Shown one piece after another: positions 38,227 to 47,317 of a stretch of 64,000 nt of DNA. Numbering within the stretch: position 1 is the stretch's first letter; the number at the start of each line of letters is the position of its first letter. The notes beneath the pieces were generated by a model, which was not told the DNA's origin, did no database searches, and was given only the letters and a program-made list of their open reading frames with translations. This stretch comes from Gloeobacterales cyanobacterium (lineage in GTDB: Bacteria; Cyanobacteriota; Cyanobacteriia; Gloeobacterales; PMM-0068), in contig JBBRSB010000009.1 in assembly GCA_038245785.1 (NCBI GenBank), positions 32,001-96,000 on the forward strand, in the 5' to 3' direction. A program made the position numbers and the translations under genes.

Positions 38227-38916
38227 ATGCTGAAAGCTATTCTCTTAGATGCTGTTGGGACCCTTATCCATCCCATAGAGCCTGTAGGGAAGACCTATGC
38301 GCGTATAGCCCGCTCCTATGGCATCGAACGCAACGCTGTTACCCTAGGGCATCAATTTGCTACCGTCTTTCCCGCGCTTCCCCGAGTAATTTATAGCGCC
38401 TCCAGTCCAGACCAGTGGGAATCTATGGAAAAGGAATGGTGGAGCTCATTGGTCCAGGCTGTTTTCCAAGAAGAGTTTGCTGATTTCAATATCTTTTTTG
38501 AAGAAGTCTGGCAATACTATGACACTGCGCAAGCTTGGGGAATTTACCCAGAAGTCTCGGAAGTTCTTGAAAAATGGCAAAAGCAAGGCGTACAACTGGC
38601 CATAGTTTCCAATTTCGATAAACGCTTAATCCATGTTTTGGAAGGGCTGAATTTGGAACATTTCTTTAGTCCCGTTATCCATTCTTCCCTAGCAGGTGCT
38701 GCCAAGCCCGATGCCAAAATATTTACAGCCTGCTTAGACGTACTTGGAGTGAAAGCCGATGAAGCTTTGCATGTTGGGGATTCCTGGCAGGATGATGTAA
38801 TCGGTGCCCTGAGCGCAGGTCTCCCGGCCGCCTGGGTTAAGCGTAGCGGAGAAAAACCTAAAGAACTCCCCTCGGGGGTCCAATGTGTGACCGAATTAAC
38901 AGGATTATTGCGATAA
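38227..38916 (+). CDS. HAD-superfamily hydrolase (subfamily IA)
   Basis: LLDAVGTL, VSNFD, AKPD..IF, HVGDS..DD. Confidence 0.92.
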   Translation: MLKAILLDAVGTLIHPIEPVGKTYARIARSYGIERNAVTLGHQFATVFPALPRVIYSASSPDQWESMEKEWWSSLVQAVFQEEFADFNIFFEEVWQYYDTAQAWGIYPEVSEVLEKWQKQGVQLAIVSNFDKRLIHVLEGLNLEHFFSPVIHSSLAGAAKPDAKIFTACLDVLGVKADEALHVGDSWQDDVIGALSAGLPAAWVKRSGEKPKELPSGVQCVTELTGLLR

Positions 38917-39022
38917 ATATTTCAATCAAAAGAGGCAGATTTTTAGATAGTTCAAAAAGATATTTTATAAAGCAGAAACTTTGGCTATAATTCGTACCTG
39001 ATTCAGTGATGGAGTTTAGGCA

Positions 39023-39229
39023 ATGAGTTCTGAAGCGGTGACTAAGAATATTGTGTCGTGGACTGTTCAAGATGTGGCCCAGTTAGCTTCTCGTTTGGAA
39101 GCTGATGAGTACGCAACTATTTTTGATTCTCTCCAAGACTGGGAGAAGCTAAAGCGGCTTCAGTATATCCGCCCAGACCTTGTGAAACCCTATCTACATC
39201 TGCTGGAGCTGGAGGAAGACGAAGACTAA
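39023..39229 (+). CDS. DUF2555 family protein
   Basis: VAQLASRLEADEY..FDSLQDW..RPDLVKPYLHLLELE. Confidence 0.75.
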   Translation: MSSEAVTKNIVSWTVQDVAQLASRLEADEYATIFDSLQDWEKLKRLQYIRPDLVKPYLHLLELEEDED

Positions 39230-39435
39230 ACAACTTCTAGATATTGTTCTTCTACAAGGTAGGCACCTCGTTCGAATCGGACTGCCCAGTAACCTCCAGG
39301 TTTGCGGTCCAGAACTACGCCGACCGAACCAACGGGAACTATAGTGGCAGGCTTCATCATCGGCATCGGCTCTGCTGTCATGAAATAGGATGGACTCTGA
39401 ATTAGACGAACTGATTCGCCAACCTGAAAAACCAT
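39226..39435 (-). CDS. sipA: NblS-interacting protein SipA (DUF3148)
   Basis: VRL...PSYF.TAEPMPM..P...VPVG..G.V.DRKPGGYWAVRFERGAYL. Confidence 0.85.
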   Translation of the reverse strand: MVFQVGESVRLIQSPSYFMTAEPMPMMKPATIVPVGSVGVVLDRKPGGYWAVRFERGAYLVEEQYLEVV

Positions 39436-39495
39436 TAGAAATCTCCCTTTTAAAAATTAGGACATCATACACACTCGATTCACCAACCAGGCCCT

Positions 39496-39702
39496 ATGGA
39501 ACAGCCTATTTCGCCACAGACCAGCCAAAACAAGCTGGAACGCCATCTTCTTGATACCAACACCGTTACAAAGGAACAGCTTTTGCTAGCTCATAAGTTT
39601 CAGAAACGAGAGCGTGGACCGCTCCTGATGATTCTATGGAAATTGAACTTTATCTCATCTGCTCAGTTTGATGCCCTCATCGATTGGGGCGTGAGCGCTT
39701 AA
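39496..39702 (+). CDS. DUF2949 family protein
   Basis: GPLLMILWKLNFIS..QF..LIDW C-terminal motif. Confidence 0.7.
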   Translation: MEQPISPQTSQNKLERHLLDTNTVTKEQLLLAHKFQKRERGPLLMILWKLNFISSAQFDALIDWGVSA

Positions 39703-39710
39703 GTGTTGAG

Positions 39711-40199
39711 CTAGCGTTTTTCTGCCCTCTTTTCTAACCAGGTGCGCAACTGGGCTTTCCCTGAGACATAGGGAGCAAAGTGATAATGCTCTGCCAAAAG
39801 CCACAGTACTAAAGTGGTGTGGAATAAGAGGGTCACGGTGAACCAGATGGAGGACACCAGTGAGGAAAAAGGTGGACGTATGGACTGACAGATTACATTG
39901 ACCAGTAAAGGTGGAAAGACGACCAGCACGGCACCAATAATCCAGAGCACTAAAGTCAGGTCTAGATCATCTCGATGAATGGCTTGCCAGGAGCGACCAT
40001 TCCAGCGCCAGTTTAAAGGCTGGGAGCTATCTTCAACGCGGACGGTATTCTCTTCGATATTGGCCGTAAAAATATGCCGACAGAAATTGCAGGAAAATGC
40101 TTCCGTCATCAGTAGCGCTGAGAGGTCTCCATGCCTGCAAATAGGGCAAGGATAAACATCTCGGTAGTCAATGGTAGATTTTGAGATGGGAATGCTCAC
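39711..40199 (-). CDS. Conserved cyanobacterial Zn-ribbon membrane protein
   Basis: CPICRHG..EAFSCNFCRHIF..WRWNG; two TM segments. Confidence 0.72.
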   Translation of the reverse strand: MSIPISKSTIDYRDVYPCPICRHGDLSALLMTEAFSCNFCRHIFTANIEENTVRVEDSSQPLNWRWNGRSWQAIHRDDLDLTLVLWIIGAVLVVFPPLLVNVICQSIRPPFSSLVSSIWFTVTLLFHTTLVLWLLAEHYHFAPYVSGKAQLRTWLEKRAEKR

Positions 40200-40296
40200 A
40201 GAATTTATGCTTGTGTTTTATATGGCTCCTTCAAGATTCCCTAATTTTTCTACGGAGCGTTCGTTTTTTCACGATTCTTTAAGCCTATTTTATAGT

Positions 40297-40869
40297 TTAG
40301 AAAGGACGCCATCCCAAGGGTTGCAGTAAATTCCATACCACGGGCAGAGAAAGGCCCACTACATTGGTGTAGCATCCTTCTATGGCATCGACCAAAAGGG
40401 CTCCATAGCCTTGAATTGCATAGGCCCCTGCTTTGTCCATCGGTTCTTGCGTGGCGATGTAATCGGTAATCTCTTGAGGACTGAGGGAGCGCAGGTGCAC
40501 TTTAGTCGTCTGAACATGAGTTTTTTGCGTACTGCCCTGAACCAGAGCTATGCCTGTATAGACTTCATGCCACTGCCCCTGGATGGCTGTCAGCATGGCG
40601 TGGGCCTCTTCGGCATCTCTGGGTTTGCCCAGGATTTTCTGGTCTAGAACCACAATCGTGTCAGCACCAAGTACGGTCCTTTCGGGATAGCGACCAGCAA
40701 CTTCTAAAGCTTTGCCCAATGCCTGTTCTTCTACCAGTTGGTTTGGAGGGATGCCTGGGTGATTATGTTCTTCATAGAGGCTGGAAATCACTTCAAAAGG
40801 GATTCCTGCTTGCGTAAGCAGTTCTTTGCGTCGCGGAGAGTTGGAAGCAAGGATCAGAGGTAAGAGCAT
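40297..40869 (-). CDS. maf: Maf nucleotide pyrophosphatase
   Basis: LASNSPRRKELL, GADTIV, KP, DKAGAYAIQG, NVVGL. Confidence 0.95.
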   Translation of the reverse strand: MLLPLILASNSPRRKELLTQAGIPFEVISSLYEEHNHPGIPPNQLVEEQALGKALEVAGRYPERTVLGADTIVVLDQKILGKPRDAEEAHAMLTAIQGQWHEVYTGIALVQGSTQKTHVQTTKVHLRSLSPQEITDYIATQEPMDKAGAYAIQGYGALLVDAIEGCYTNVVGLSLPVVWNLLQPLGWRPF

Positions 40870-40942
40870 AGGAACGATAAATATTTGGTTCTAAGGGACT
40901 GCGTAGTTAAGATACAGTCAGAAGGTCCAAGGGAAGAACGTC

Positions 40943-41659
40943 ATAGTACAGTACAACCCGTTGCAGTATCTGCCAGCTTCAGCAGAATTGCCTGATTCTG
41001 ACGATACCCATGTAGATAATGAATTTCAAAACCTAATCCCCAACCTATTGTTAGCGATTTTGGCTTGGGCTTGGCAAGACCGTACAGATTGGTTTTTTGG
41101 CGTAGACATGGGGGTTTACCACACGACGGGTCAGAATCCTCGTACTCCCGTCGTGCCCGATGGTTTTCTCAGCCTAGGCGTGGAACGGCGTAAAAGTGAA
41201 AAGGGGCGGTTGAGCTATGTTTTATGGGAAGAAAATTACGTTGTTCCCGCTCTAGTTTTAGAGGTCGTTTCTCAATCCTATGGAGGAGAATACGGCAAGA
41301 AGAAGGCCCTATATGCAACTTTGGGCGTGCTGTATTACGTGGTCTACAACCCTGATTATTCGGCACGGGATAAACATGATTCGCTAGAGGTTTATCGCCT
41401 CATTAAAGGTGAATATGTCCGTCAAGTAGGTGAGCCTATATGGATGCCTGAGATTGGGTTGGGAATTGGGCGAGAACAGGGGACTCACGAAGGCTGGGAA
41501 CGTGAGTGGCTCTACTGGTACGACCAAGAAGGTAACCGTTTGCCAACTTCTGAAGAAAGAGCCAATCAAGCAGAAGAACGAGCAAATCAGGCACAACAAG
41601 AACTTGAATTTTTGGTTGCGAAGTTGCGTGAAAAAGGGATTAATCCTGATACGCTTTAG
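40943..41659 (+). CDS. Uma2 (DUF820) family endonuclease; expected ATG start reads ATA
   Basis: LPDSDDT.VDNE, DWFFGVDMG, VPDGFL, LEVVS..GGEY..K; in-frame ATA-VQYNPLQ upstream of TTG 40961. Confidence 0.88.
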   Translation: MVQYNPLQYLPASAELPDSDDTHVDNEFQNLIPNLLLAILAWAWQDRTDWFFGVDMGVYHTTGQNPRTPVVPDGFLSLGVERRKSEKGRLSYVLWEENYVVPALVLEVVSQSYGGEYGKKKALYATLGVLYYVVYNPDYSARDKHDSLEVYRLIKGEYVRQVGEPIWMPEIGLGIGREQGTHEGWEREWLYWYDQEGNRLPTSEERANQAEERANQAQQELEFLVAKLREKGINPDTL

Positions 41660-41716
41660 CCTGAAGATATACGCGATCATTGAAAGGATGAGAATTAAGA
41701 ATAAGCTGCAATCAGT

Positions 41717-42046
41717 CTATACCATAACAACATGAGTTTGAGCTTGGATATTGGGTTGCTCGTTAGCGATGATGCGAATCTCTACGTTGTTGCCAAGGGC
41801 GTTGAGAAACCGAAAAAGGCGTTCTATCGAAAAGCCTGATAACTTGCCACGCATCAATGCCGATACTTTGGGTTGATCAACTCCTAAAAGTTCTGCTGCC
41901 TCAGTTTGAGTAAGTTTGCGTGCCGAGATCAACTCACTGATTTGATGAGCGAGTTCTGCCTTAATCAAAAGTTCATCAGGATTCGGTAGCCCTAAGTCAG
42001 CAAAAACGTTACCACTACTTGAATGTACTTCCATTTCTTCAGTCAT
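41717..42046 (-). CDS. XRE/HTH antitoxin (HigA-like)
   Basis: SSGNVFADLG, LTQTEAAELLGVDQPKVSALMRG..FSIERL. Confidence 0.9.
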   Translation of the reverse strand: MTEEMEVHSSSGNVFADLGLPNPDELLIKAELAHQISELISARKLTQTEAAELLGVDQPKVSALMRGKLSGFSIERLFRFLNALGNNVEIRIIANEQPNIQAQTHVVMV

Positions 42047-42428
42047 TTTGTTCCTCCTGATTTTTCTGCTTTAAATATACTTCGTAGTGCTCTTTAGCTC
42101 GTTTTAACCGAGTTTCAATCAAGTCTATGTCTTGCTTGGGAGTGGCAATGCCGCACTTTGATTTTTTTTGAAAAGCATGAAGGACATAGATCATTCCTTC
42201 AAATTTCACTGTATAGACTGCTCGGTACGTGTATCCATCAAAATTCTCAACAATTTCGAGAACACTGGAACCCTTAAATCCTTTGAGCGGTTTAGCATCA
42301 GGATGCTTGCTGCCCAACTGAGCGCGGTACAAAGCGAAACCCATCATTTGCTGAACATCTTCGGGGAATTCCCGTAAGTCGTCACGAGAACTGCTAATCC
42401 ATTCAACGGGTTTCAACAAAAGGCCCAC
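42039..42428 (-). CDS. RelE/ParE-superfamily toxin (HigB/Gp49-like)
   Basis: DDLREFP..G.ALYRAQ.G..KPLKGF..VLEI..YRAVY..YVLHAFQKKS..TPK; start placed at GTG 42428 from promoter position. Confidence 0.88.
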   Translation of the reverse strand: MGLLLKPVEWISSSRDDLREFPEDVQQMMGFALYRAQLGSKHPDAKPLKGFKGSSVLEIVENFDGYTYRAVYTVKFEGMIYVLHAFQKKSKCGIATPKQDIDLIETRLKRAKEHYEVYLKQKNQEEQND

Positions 42429-42435
42429 ATTTCTA

Positions 42436-42464
42436 ATTATGCCAATTTTGGCATATTGCGTCAA
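42436..42464 (-). promoter_or_regulatory. Promoter with an embedded palindromic operator for the toxin-antitoxin operon
   Basis: TTGACG-N17-CATAAT; palindrome TATGCCAA-TT-TTGGCATA at 42438-42455. Confidence 0.7.
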
Positions 42465-42578
42465 GTTGGCAGGCCTGAGACTAAAAGCAAAGCTTATCTC
42501 CCTTCGTGCAGGCTATGAGGCCTCGCCTCAACGAGACCCTGGCGATTAGCCATTAGATGTACAGAGAATCACAAAGCT

Positions 42579-43934
42579 CTAAACGCTATCGGTCACACTG
42601 CTGAAATTAAACGCTTTCACCCGCACTCCAGGCACGATGCTGTTACCGTAGCGCTCGACCGTACTGAGCGCATCCACATCTCTGAGCATATCGGGCAAGC
42701 TCTGATTGAAGCGTAAGTTCTTAATCGGGTAGGCAGCTTTGCCATTCTCAATCCAAAATGTTCCATCGCGGGTCATGCCTGTGAGCACAAGCGTTTTCGG
42801 ATTCACGTAGCGTACATACCAGGCCCGACTCACCAAAATTCCCCGCTCAGTCTGGGCAATCAGGTCTGTTAAGTTTTGTTCTGTTCCGGTCATCACCACA
42901 GGACTGAGCGAACCCGTCGGTTCTTTACCCTGCTTCTGCGCCCAATAGCGTGAATAGGAGAGCGTTTTAGGAATTCCATCCTGAACAATAGCTAACGTGC
43001 AGTTAGGCAGGCCATCCCCGAAAAAAGTGCTTCCTTGCAACAGCGGATGGGCCGGGTTTCGCTGGACCTGAAGCAAAGGGCTAAACATCGCTTCACCCAA
43101 TCGATTCCCTACTGATTTACCAGACTTATCTGTGCGGGACATAAAAGAGCGACCTTCATCTGCTGCTCGTGCGTCCAAATTCCAACTCAACCAACTGAGC
43201 AGGTCGGCAAAAGCAGCTCCATCAAAGACCACAGGATAGCTGCCAGGACTGATTTCGCGGGGTTTGCGGGATTGGAGTGAACGTTCAATGATTTGTCCTG
43301 TTAATTCCTCTATCGGTAACTGGTCCAAAGCCCAGGCGGTGCGCTGACTCCAACTAGATCCATCGTCGATACGCGCGGTGAAGCCAAAATCTGCTTCTGT
43401 AAGTCGGTTATAGGCCCTCAGTCCCTGTGAATTACCGATAGCCCTTACGTAGGCTTCGGTACTTAGCGTCCCTGAACCATCTACGCCAACTGACTTACTT
43501 AGGGCACACACCTGTTGAATGATTCCCCCTCGCTCCAAGGGCGAAAGATTCGCCGTTCGTTCATCGAAGGCAGGCGTGCGTTCTTCATAGGTTTGTGGTT
43601 CCAGCAGAGGGACCCATTCTGGATCTTCTGGAGCAATCCGGGCTAGAGCTTCAGAACTACGGACGACCGCTTTGATCGCTTGCGGGCTGGAATCGGTTGT
43701 CGAAGCAGAAGCGCGACGACTGCCAAAGTAGCTGGTGGCGGTCAGCGTAAAACGAGTCCGACTGAGATTTTGGGTGATTTGATTGCTGGAATAGCGGGCC
43801 AGCGATTCTTCTCCGGCACTGATACTGACAAAAGCACCTTCCGCTTCAGAGTGCTTCAGGGCCTCTTCGACCAAGGAGAGCGCTTGGTCTTGACTCAAGA
43901 TTGATTCGGCGACAGGCAAATTTGCTAAGGTCAC
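42579..43934 (-). CDS. TldE/PmbA-family protein
   Basis: GTGA overlap with tldD; ARAADEGRSF, LTGMTRDGTF.IENG..PIKNLRFN; no HExxH. Confidence 0.88.
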   Translation of the reverse strand: MTLANLPVAESILSQDQALSLVEEALKHSEAEGAFVSISAGEESLARYSSNQITQNLSRTRFTLTATSYFGSRRASASTTDSSPQAIKAVVRSSEALARIAPEDPEWVPLLEPQTYEERTPAFDERTANLSPLERGGIIQQVCALSKSVGVDGSGTLSTEAYVRAIGNSQGLRAYNRLTEADFGFTARIDDGSSWSQRTAWALDQLPIEELTGQIIERSLQSRKPREISPGSYPVVFDGAAFADLLSWLSWNLDARAADEGRSFMSRTDKSGKSVGNRLGEAMFSPLLQVQRNPAHPLLQGSTFFGDGLPNCTLAIVQDGIPKTLSYSRYWAQKQGKEPTGSLSPVVMTGTEQNLTDLIAQTERGILVSRAWYVRYVNPKTLVLTGMTRDGTFWIENGKAAYPIKNLRFNQSLPDMLRDVDALSTVERYGNSIVPGVRVKAFNFSSVTDSV

Positions 43935-45418
43935 TGCGGTCCCCCAATCTGGATATTGCGCACCCTCACAGGCACACAGGCATGGGTCATTTGAGCGATT
44001 TGCATCGGCTCTCCCTTGCCGCACATATTCGTTCCACACTGCTCTCGCTCAGAAGCGGGACCGAGCGCATCCACACTGTTCCAGAAATCTGTGGTCATCG
44101 CCTGGTAGGTAACGTCTTTGAGCATCCCGACCACCTTGCCCTTTTCCACTTTCCAGAAAGCATCTCCACCAAACTGGAAATTGCGCCGCTGTTGGTCAAT
44201 CGAAAAGCTGCCAATGCCGTCGATCAGGATACCGTCTTCGGTATCGGCAATCATTTCATCCAACGTAGCAGTGTGAGAACCGCCTTCTACTCCCGGATCT
44301 AAACCCAAATTCGGAATCCGGACCATCGGCACGCTGGCCCAACTATCGGCATAGGCGCAGCCATTACTCGTGGCCCTTCCCAGGCGATGAGCCGTCTCTC
44401 GGTCTGTCAGATAGTCCACCAAAACACCATCCTTCACCACATGCCAATCCTGAGCAGGTACGCCCTCATCGTCATAGCCGAGGGTGCTGCGGCCTCCTGC
44501 TTGTGTACGGTCAGCCCGGAAGTTAATACAAGGCGCTCCATACTGCAGCGTCCCCTGCTTCTCCGTCGTCGCAAAACTTGTGCCTGCAAAATTGGCCTCA
44601 TAGCCATAAACCCGGTCCAATTCTGTCGGATGACCCACCGATTCATGAATGGTCAGAAAGAGATTGGTCGGCTTAAGAATTAAAGTTGTCCGGATATCCT
44701 GAGGGCCTTTGGGCGCATGCACTTTTTCAATCGCTTCTTCAGCGACGCGGTCCACTTGACTCAAGAGATCTGCTGCCTGGATGTGTTCATAGCCCAGATT
44801 CAGGGGTGCCCGTTCATAGCCACGACTTTGAGCATCTCCGTTAACCACCGCCGTGCAGCCAAATCCTGGATAGCTGCGATAAATGGTCTGCTGAATCTCA
44901 GACCCTTCCGTAGAGGCAAAGGTTTTCTCTTCGCGGGTGAAATTGAGGAAGGAATGGGCTTTTTTAATGCCCTGTTCTCCATAACTCAGAAGTCTTTCGT
45001 TGAGTTCCATTAGTAAAGCTGCTTTTTCTTCAATCAGAATCGTGAAGGGATCGATCTCAATTGGCGTAACGTAGGTATCGCGGTAAGCCTTAACGGGCGC
45101 TAGCGAAACCCGTGTCTGTTGAGAAAGCCGACTGCCTTTGGCAATCTCTATGGCTAGAGCAACCATCCGTTCTACTTCGGTGGTCGTCGTCCGATGACTG
45201 GCCGCAAAACCCCAGGCTCCGTCTAGGAGAACCCGCACGCCAAAGCCAGAACTGACGTTGTCTGCCAGATTGCTTAAAGAACGGTCACGGGCGTAAAGAT
45301 TCTGGGTGCGGTAGATGCAAAAACGCGCCTCGCCATAGGCACAACCCGCTTTGTGGATCAGGTCAATCGCCAGATTTGCTAGAGATGCCGCAGTAGTGAG
45401 AGCAGGAGCTTGTACCAT
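43931..45418 (-). CDS. tldD: TldD-family metalloprotease
   Basis: GFGVRVL..GAWGFA, TIHESVGHPTELD (HExxxH), YDDEG, CGKGEPMQ. Confidence 0.92.
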   Translation of the reverse strand: MVQAPALTTAASLANLAIDLIHKAGCAYGEARFCIYRTQNLYARDRSLSNLADNVSSGFGVRVLLDGAWGFAASHRTTTTEVERMVALAIEIAKGSRLSQQTRVSLAPVKAYRDTYVTPIEIDPFTILIEEKAALLMELNERLLSYGEQGIKKAHSFLNFTREEKTFASTEGSEIQQTIYRSYPGFGCTAVVNGDAQSRGYERAPLNLGYEHIQAADLLSQVDRVAEEAIEKVHAPKGPQDIRTTLILKPTNLFLTIHESVGHPTELDRVYGYEANFAGTSFATTEKQGTLQYGAPCINFRADRTQAGGRSTLGYDDEGVPAQDWHVVKDGVLVDYLTDRETAHRLGRATSNGCAYADSWASVPMVRIPNLGLDPGVEGGSHTATLDEMIADTEDGILIDGIGSFSIDQQRRNFQFGGDAFWKVEKGKVVGMLKDVTYQAMTTDFWNSVDALGPASEREQCGTNMCGKGEPMQIAQMTHACVPVRVRNIQIGGPQ

Positions 45419-45528
45419 GTCAGAGTTAAATGAAGTTGGAAGCCCATTCTAGCGCCTGGCTTAGGGATAAAGATTCTCTCCGTCCCGCTTCCGTTTTCCA
45501 TGCTCTATTGACCGATACCTGAAACACC

Positions 45529-46479
45529 GTGGCTTCATCATTCACCAACATTCTTGAGAAGACCTCTGTAACGAACAGAGCGACGCTGGCCCTGGCCCTT
45601 GCTTCCGTGGCTTGGGGACTCTGGTGGCTACCGCTCCACTGGCTCAGCGATAGGGGATTATCCGGTTATTGGCAAGGAGTCATACTCTATGGCAGTGGGG
45701 TGCTCATACTCGCTCTTCCCCTGTGGCAGCGACGCCAAAAGGTAGATCTCATAGCTCCTTCGCTATGGGTGATTAGCCTATTTACGGGTACAGCCCTCGC
45801 TATGTACAACGCAGCGCTACTCACCGATGAAGTGGTACGCGTAACCCTGTTGTTCTACCTAAATCCGATTTGGTCAACTGTCCTTGCTTTGATAGTGCTG
45901 AAAGAGCCCATTCGGTTAATCCGGATTGCCTCCGTTGCTGTTGGCTTACTAGGGGCAGCCGTCGTATTAGGAAGCAATGGTGGAATTCCGATGCCCCATT
46001 CCTTAGGAGAATGGATGGGCCTCTTTGCAGGCATAGGCACCGCTATCGGTTCGACCTATGTCCGCAAGGCAGAATTAACTGAAGGGACAGTATCCCTCGG
46101 CGGTCTTGAACTAACCTGGACTACCTTTCTAGTGGCGAGTGCGGTGGGTATTTTATTTGCCTTGACGCTGCCTTCAACCAGTTTGGGCGGACTTCCTTCC
46201 AGTAATATTTTTTGGAGTATATTGCCGTGGGCGGTAGCAATTACGATGGGCTGGTTACTTCCTCAAACCTGGTTCTATTTTTGGGGTGCTAAGCACCTTG
46301 ATCCAGGACGAGTATCCCTCTTAATGCTGCTGGAAGTACCTGTTGCTGCCATTAGTGCAGCGATTGTCCTGCATACACCGATTGGTTGGAACGAAGTTAT
46401 TGGTTGCGCTTTGGTAATTCTGGCAGGTTCGGCTGAATCCCTATCTCATAGATCCTCTCAGCTCTCAGTCAAAGATTAA
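45529..46479 (+). CDS. DMT/EamA family transporter
   Basis: About 10 TM segments; LLFYLNPIW..LKEPI, LDPGRVSLLMLLEVP. Confidence 0.88.
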   Translation: MASSFTNILEKTSVTNRATLALALASVAWGLWWLPLHWLSDRGLSGYWQGVILYGSGVLILALPLWQRRQKVDLIAPSLWVISLFTGTALAMYNAALLTDEVVRVTLLFYLNPIWSTVLALIVLKEPIRLIRIASVAVGLLGAAVVLGSNGGIPMPHSLGEWMGLFAGIGTAIGSTYVRKAELTEGTVSLGGLELTWTTFLVASAVGILFALTLPSTSLGGLPSSNIFWSILPWAVAITMGWLLPQTWFYFWGAKHLDPGRVSLLMLLEVPVAAISAAIVLHTPIGWNEVIGCALVILAGSAESLSHRSSQLSVKD

Positions 46480-46544
46480 TCGCCAAGGTGTGCGCACTCC
46501 TGAGAGAGAATATAGCGGTACAAAATCTTTGTTTGCGGTAACCG

Positions 46545-46895
46545 ATGGCTCAAGTACTCCAGGTTGACACTGCCCAAAAGACACTCCATTTCGGAGAACA
46601 AACTGCACCGTTAACCAGTCCAATGGCGGACCTCCTGATTGAAGCGCTATTAACAATGCTCCCCGCCGAGAAAATGCCGATGATGGCTCCAACTACGACC
46701 CGAGGCTATACGCTGGCGAGTATTTCCCAAGAGGACTATGACCAATTGGTTACCCTGGTAGCTGAAGTCAATCAAACTTTTAACGGGGAAGAAGTCCTAC
46801 GCCTGAATTTTCGAGCCCGAGGAGCAGGAGAGCCCCTACAAGCCAAAATTCTCTTGGGCGAGAAAAGTGTGGTGAAGAGCGTGGCTAGTCTATAG
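46545..46895 (+). CDS. Hypothetical protein
   Basis: 116-aa ORF upstream of the tRNA; no family recognised. Confidence 0.6.
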   Translation: MAQVLQVDTAQKTLHFGEQTAPLTSPMADLLIEALLTMLPAEKMPMMAPTTTRGYTLASISQEDYDQLVTLVAEVNQTFNGEEVLRLNFRARGAGEPLQAKILLGEKSVVKSVASL

Positions 46896-46951
46896 TTGAT
46901 GAAGCGAAAAGCCCCCTGTCATACTAGGCTTCTCGCATTCCAGTGCATCGT

Positions 46952-47026
46952 GGGCGATTGGCTCAGTGGTAGAGCACTCCCTTCACACGGGAGGGGTCAC
47001 GTGTTCGAATCACGTATCGCCCACCA
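46952..47026 (+). tRNA. tRNA-Val (anticodon CAC) with encoded CCA
   Basis: Acceptor GGGCGAT/ATCGCCC, D-arm GCTC-AGTGGTA-GAGC, anticodon arm CTCCC-TTCACAC-GGGAG, T-arm ACGTG-TTCGAAT-CACGT, 3' ACCA. Confidence 0.96.
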
Positions 47027-47031
47027 TTTTT

Positions 47032-47057
47032 AAACCCGCATTGGTTGCGGGTTTTTT
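47032..47057 (+). terminator. Rho-independent terminator after the tRNA
   Basis: AAACCCGCA-TTGGT-TGCGGGTTTTTT. Confidence 0.88.
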
Positions 47058-47089
47058 GATTTCATAACGGATCGTAGCTAGTATTAAAG

Positions 47090-47317
47090 TCATGGGTGAT
47101 AGGCCATGATGACAGTTTTCTTACCAGCACTGTAGATGGATTCAACTCTGCGGAAGGTGTCATGAGTCCACCAGATTTTTATTCGATTCCCTTGGGCTGG
47201 AGCACTGCCCATTTGGGAATAACCTGCGGTGGTCATTAGTTGTTCAAATGCTGTAGCTGTTAATGTCTTGGATTTAATCTGTGGAACACCATCAAGCGTG
47301 TGCCTGTCGAGGGTCAC
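47090..47317 (-). CDS. Small hypothetical protein (downstream member of a coupled pair)
   Basis: GTGA overlap with the upstream ORF; 75 aa. Confidence 0.6.
   Translation of the reverse strand: MTLDRHTLDGVPQIKSKTLTATAFEQLMTTAGYSQMGSAPAQGNRIKIWWTHDTFRRVESIYSAGKKTVIMAYHP

Noticed and set aside
41552..41593. 21-bp tandem repeat encoding EERANQA twice
   Set aside because: Ordinary coiled-coil tail expansion typical of Uma2 proteins
43935..44039. N-terminal extension of the TldE/PmbA ORF as given in the ORF track
   Set aside because: Overlaps the tldD coding region; the GTGA-coupled start at 43934 is more plausible
42579..45418. TldD/TldE as part of a RiPP cluster
   Set aside because: No precursor peptide, YcaO or other RiPP maturase adjacent; treated as a standalone pair
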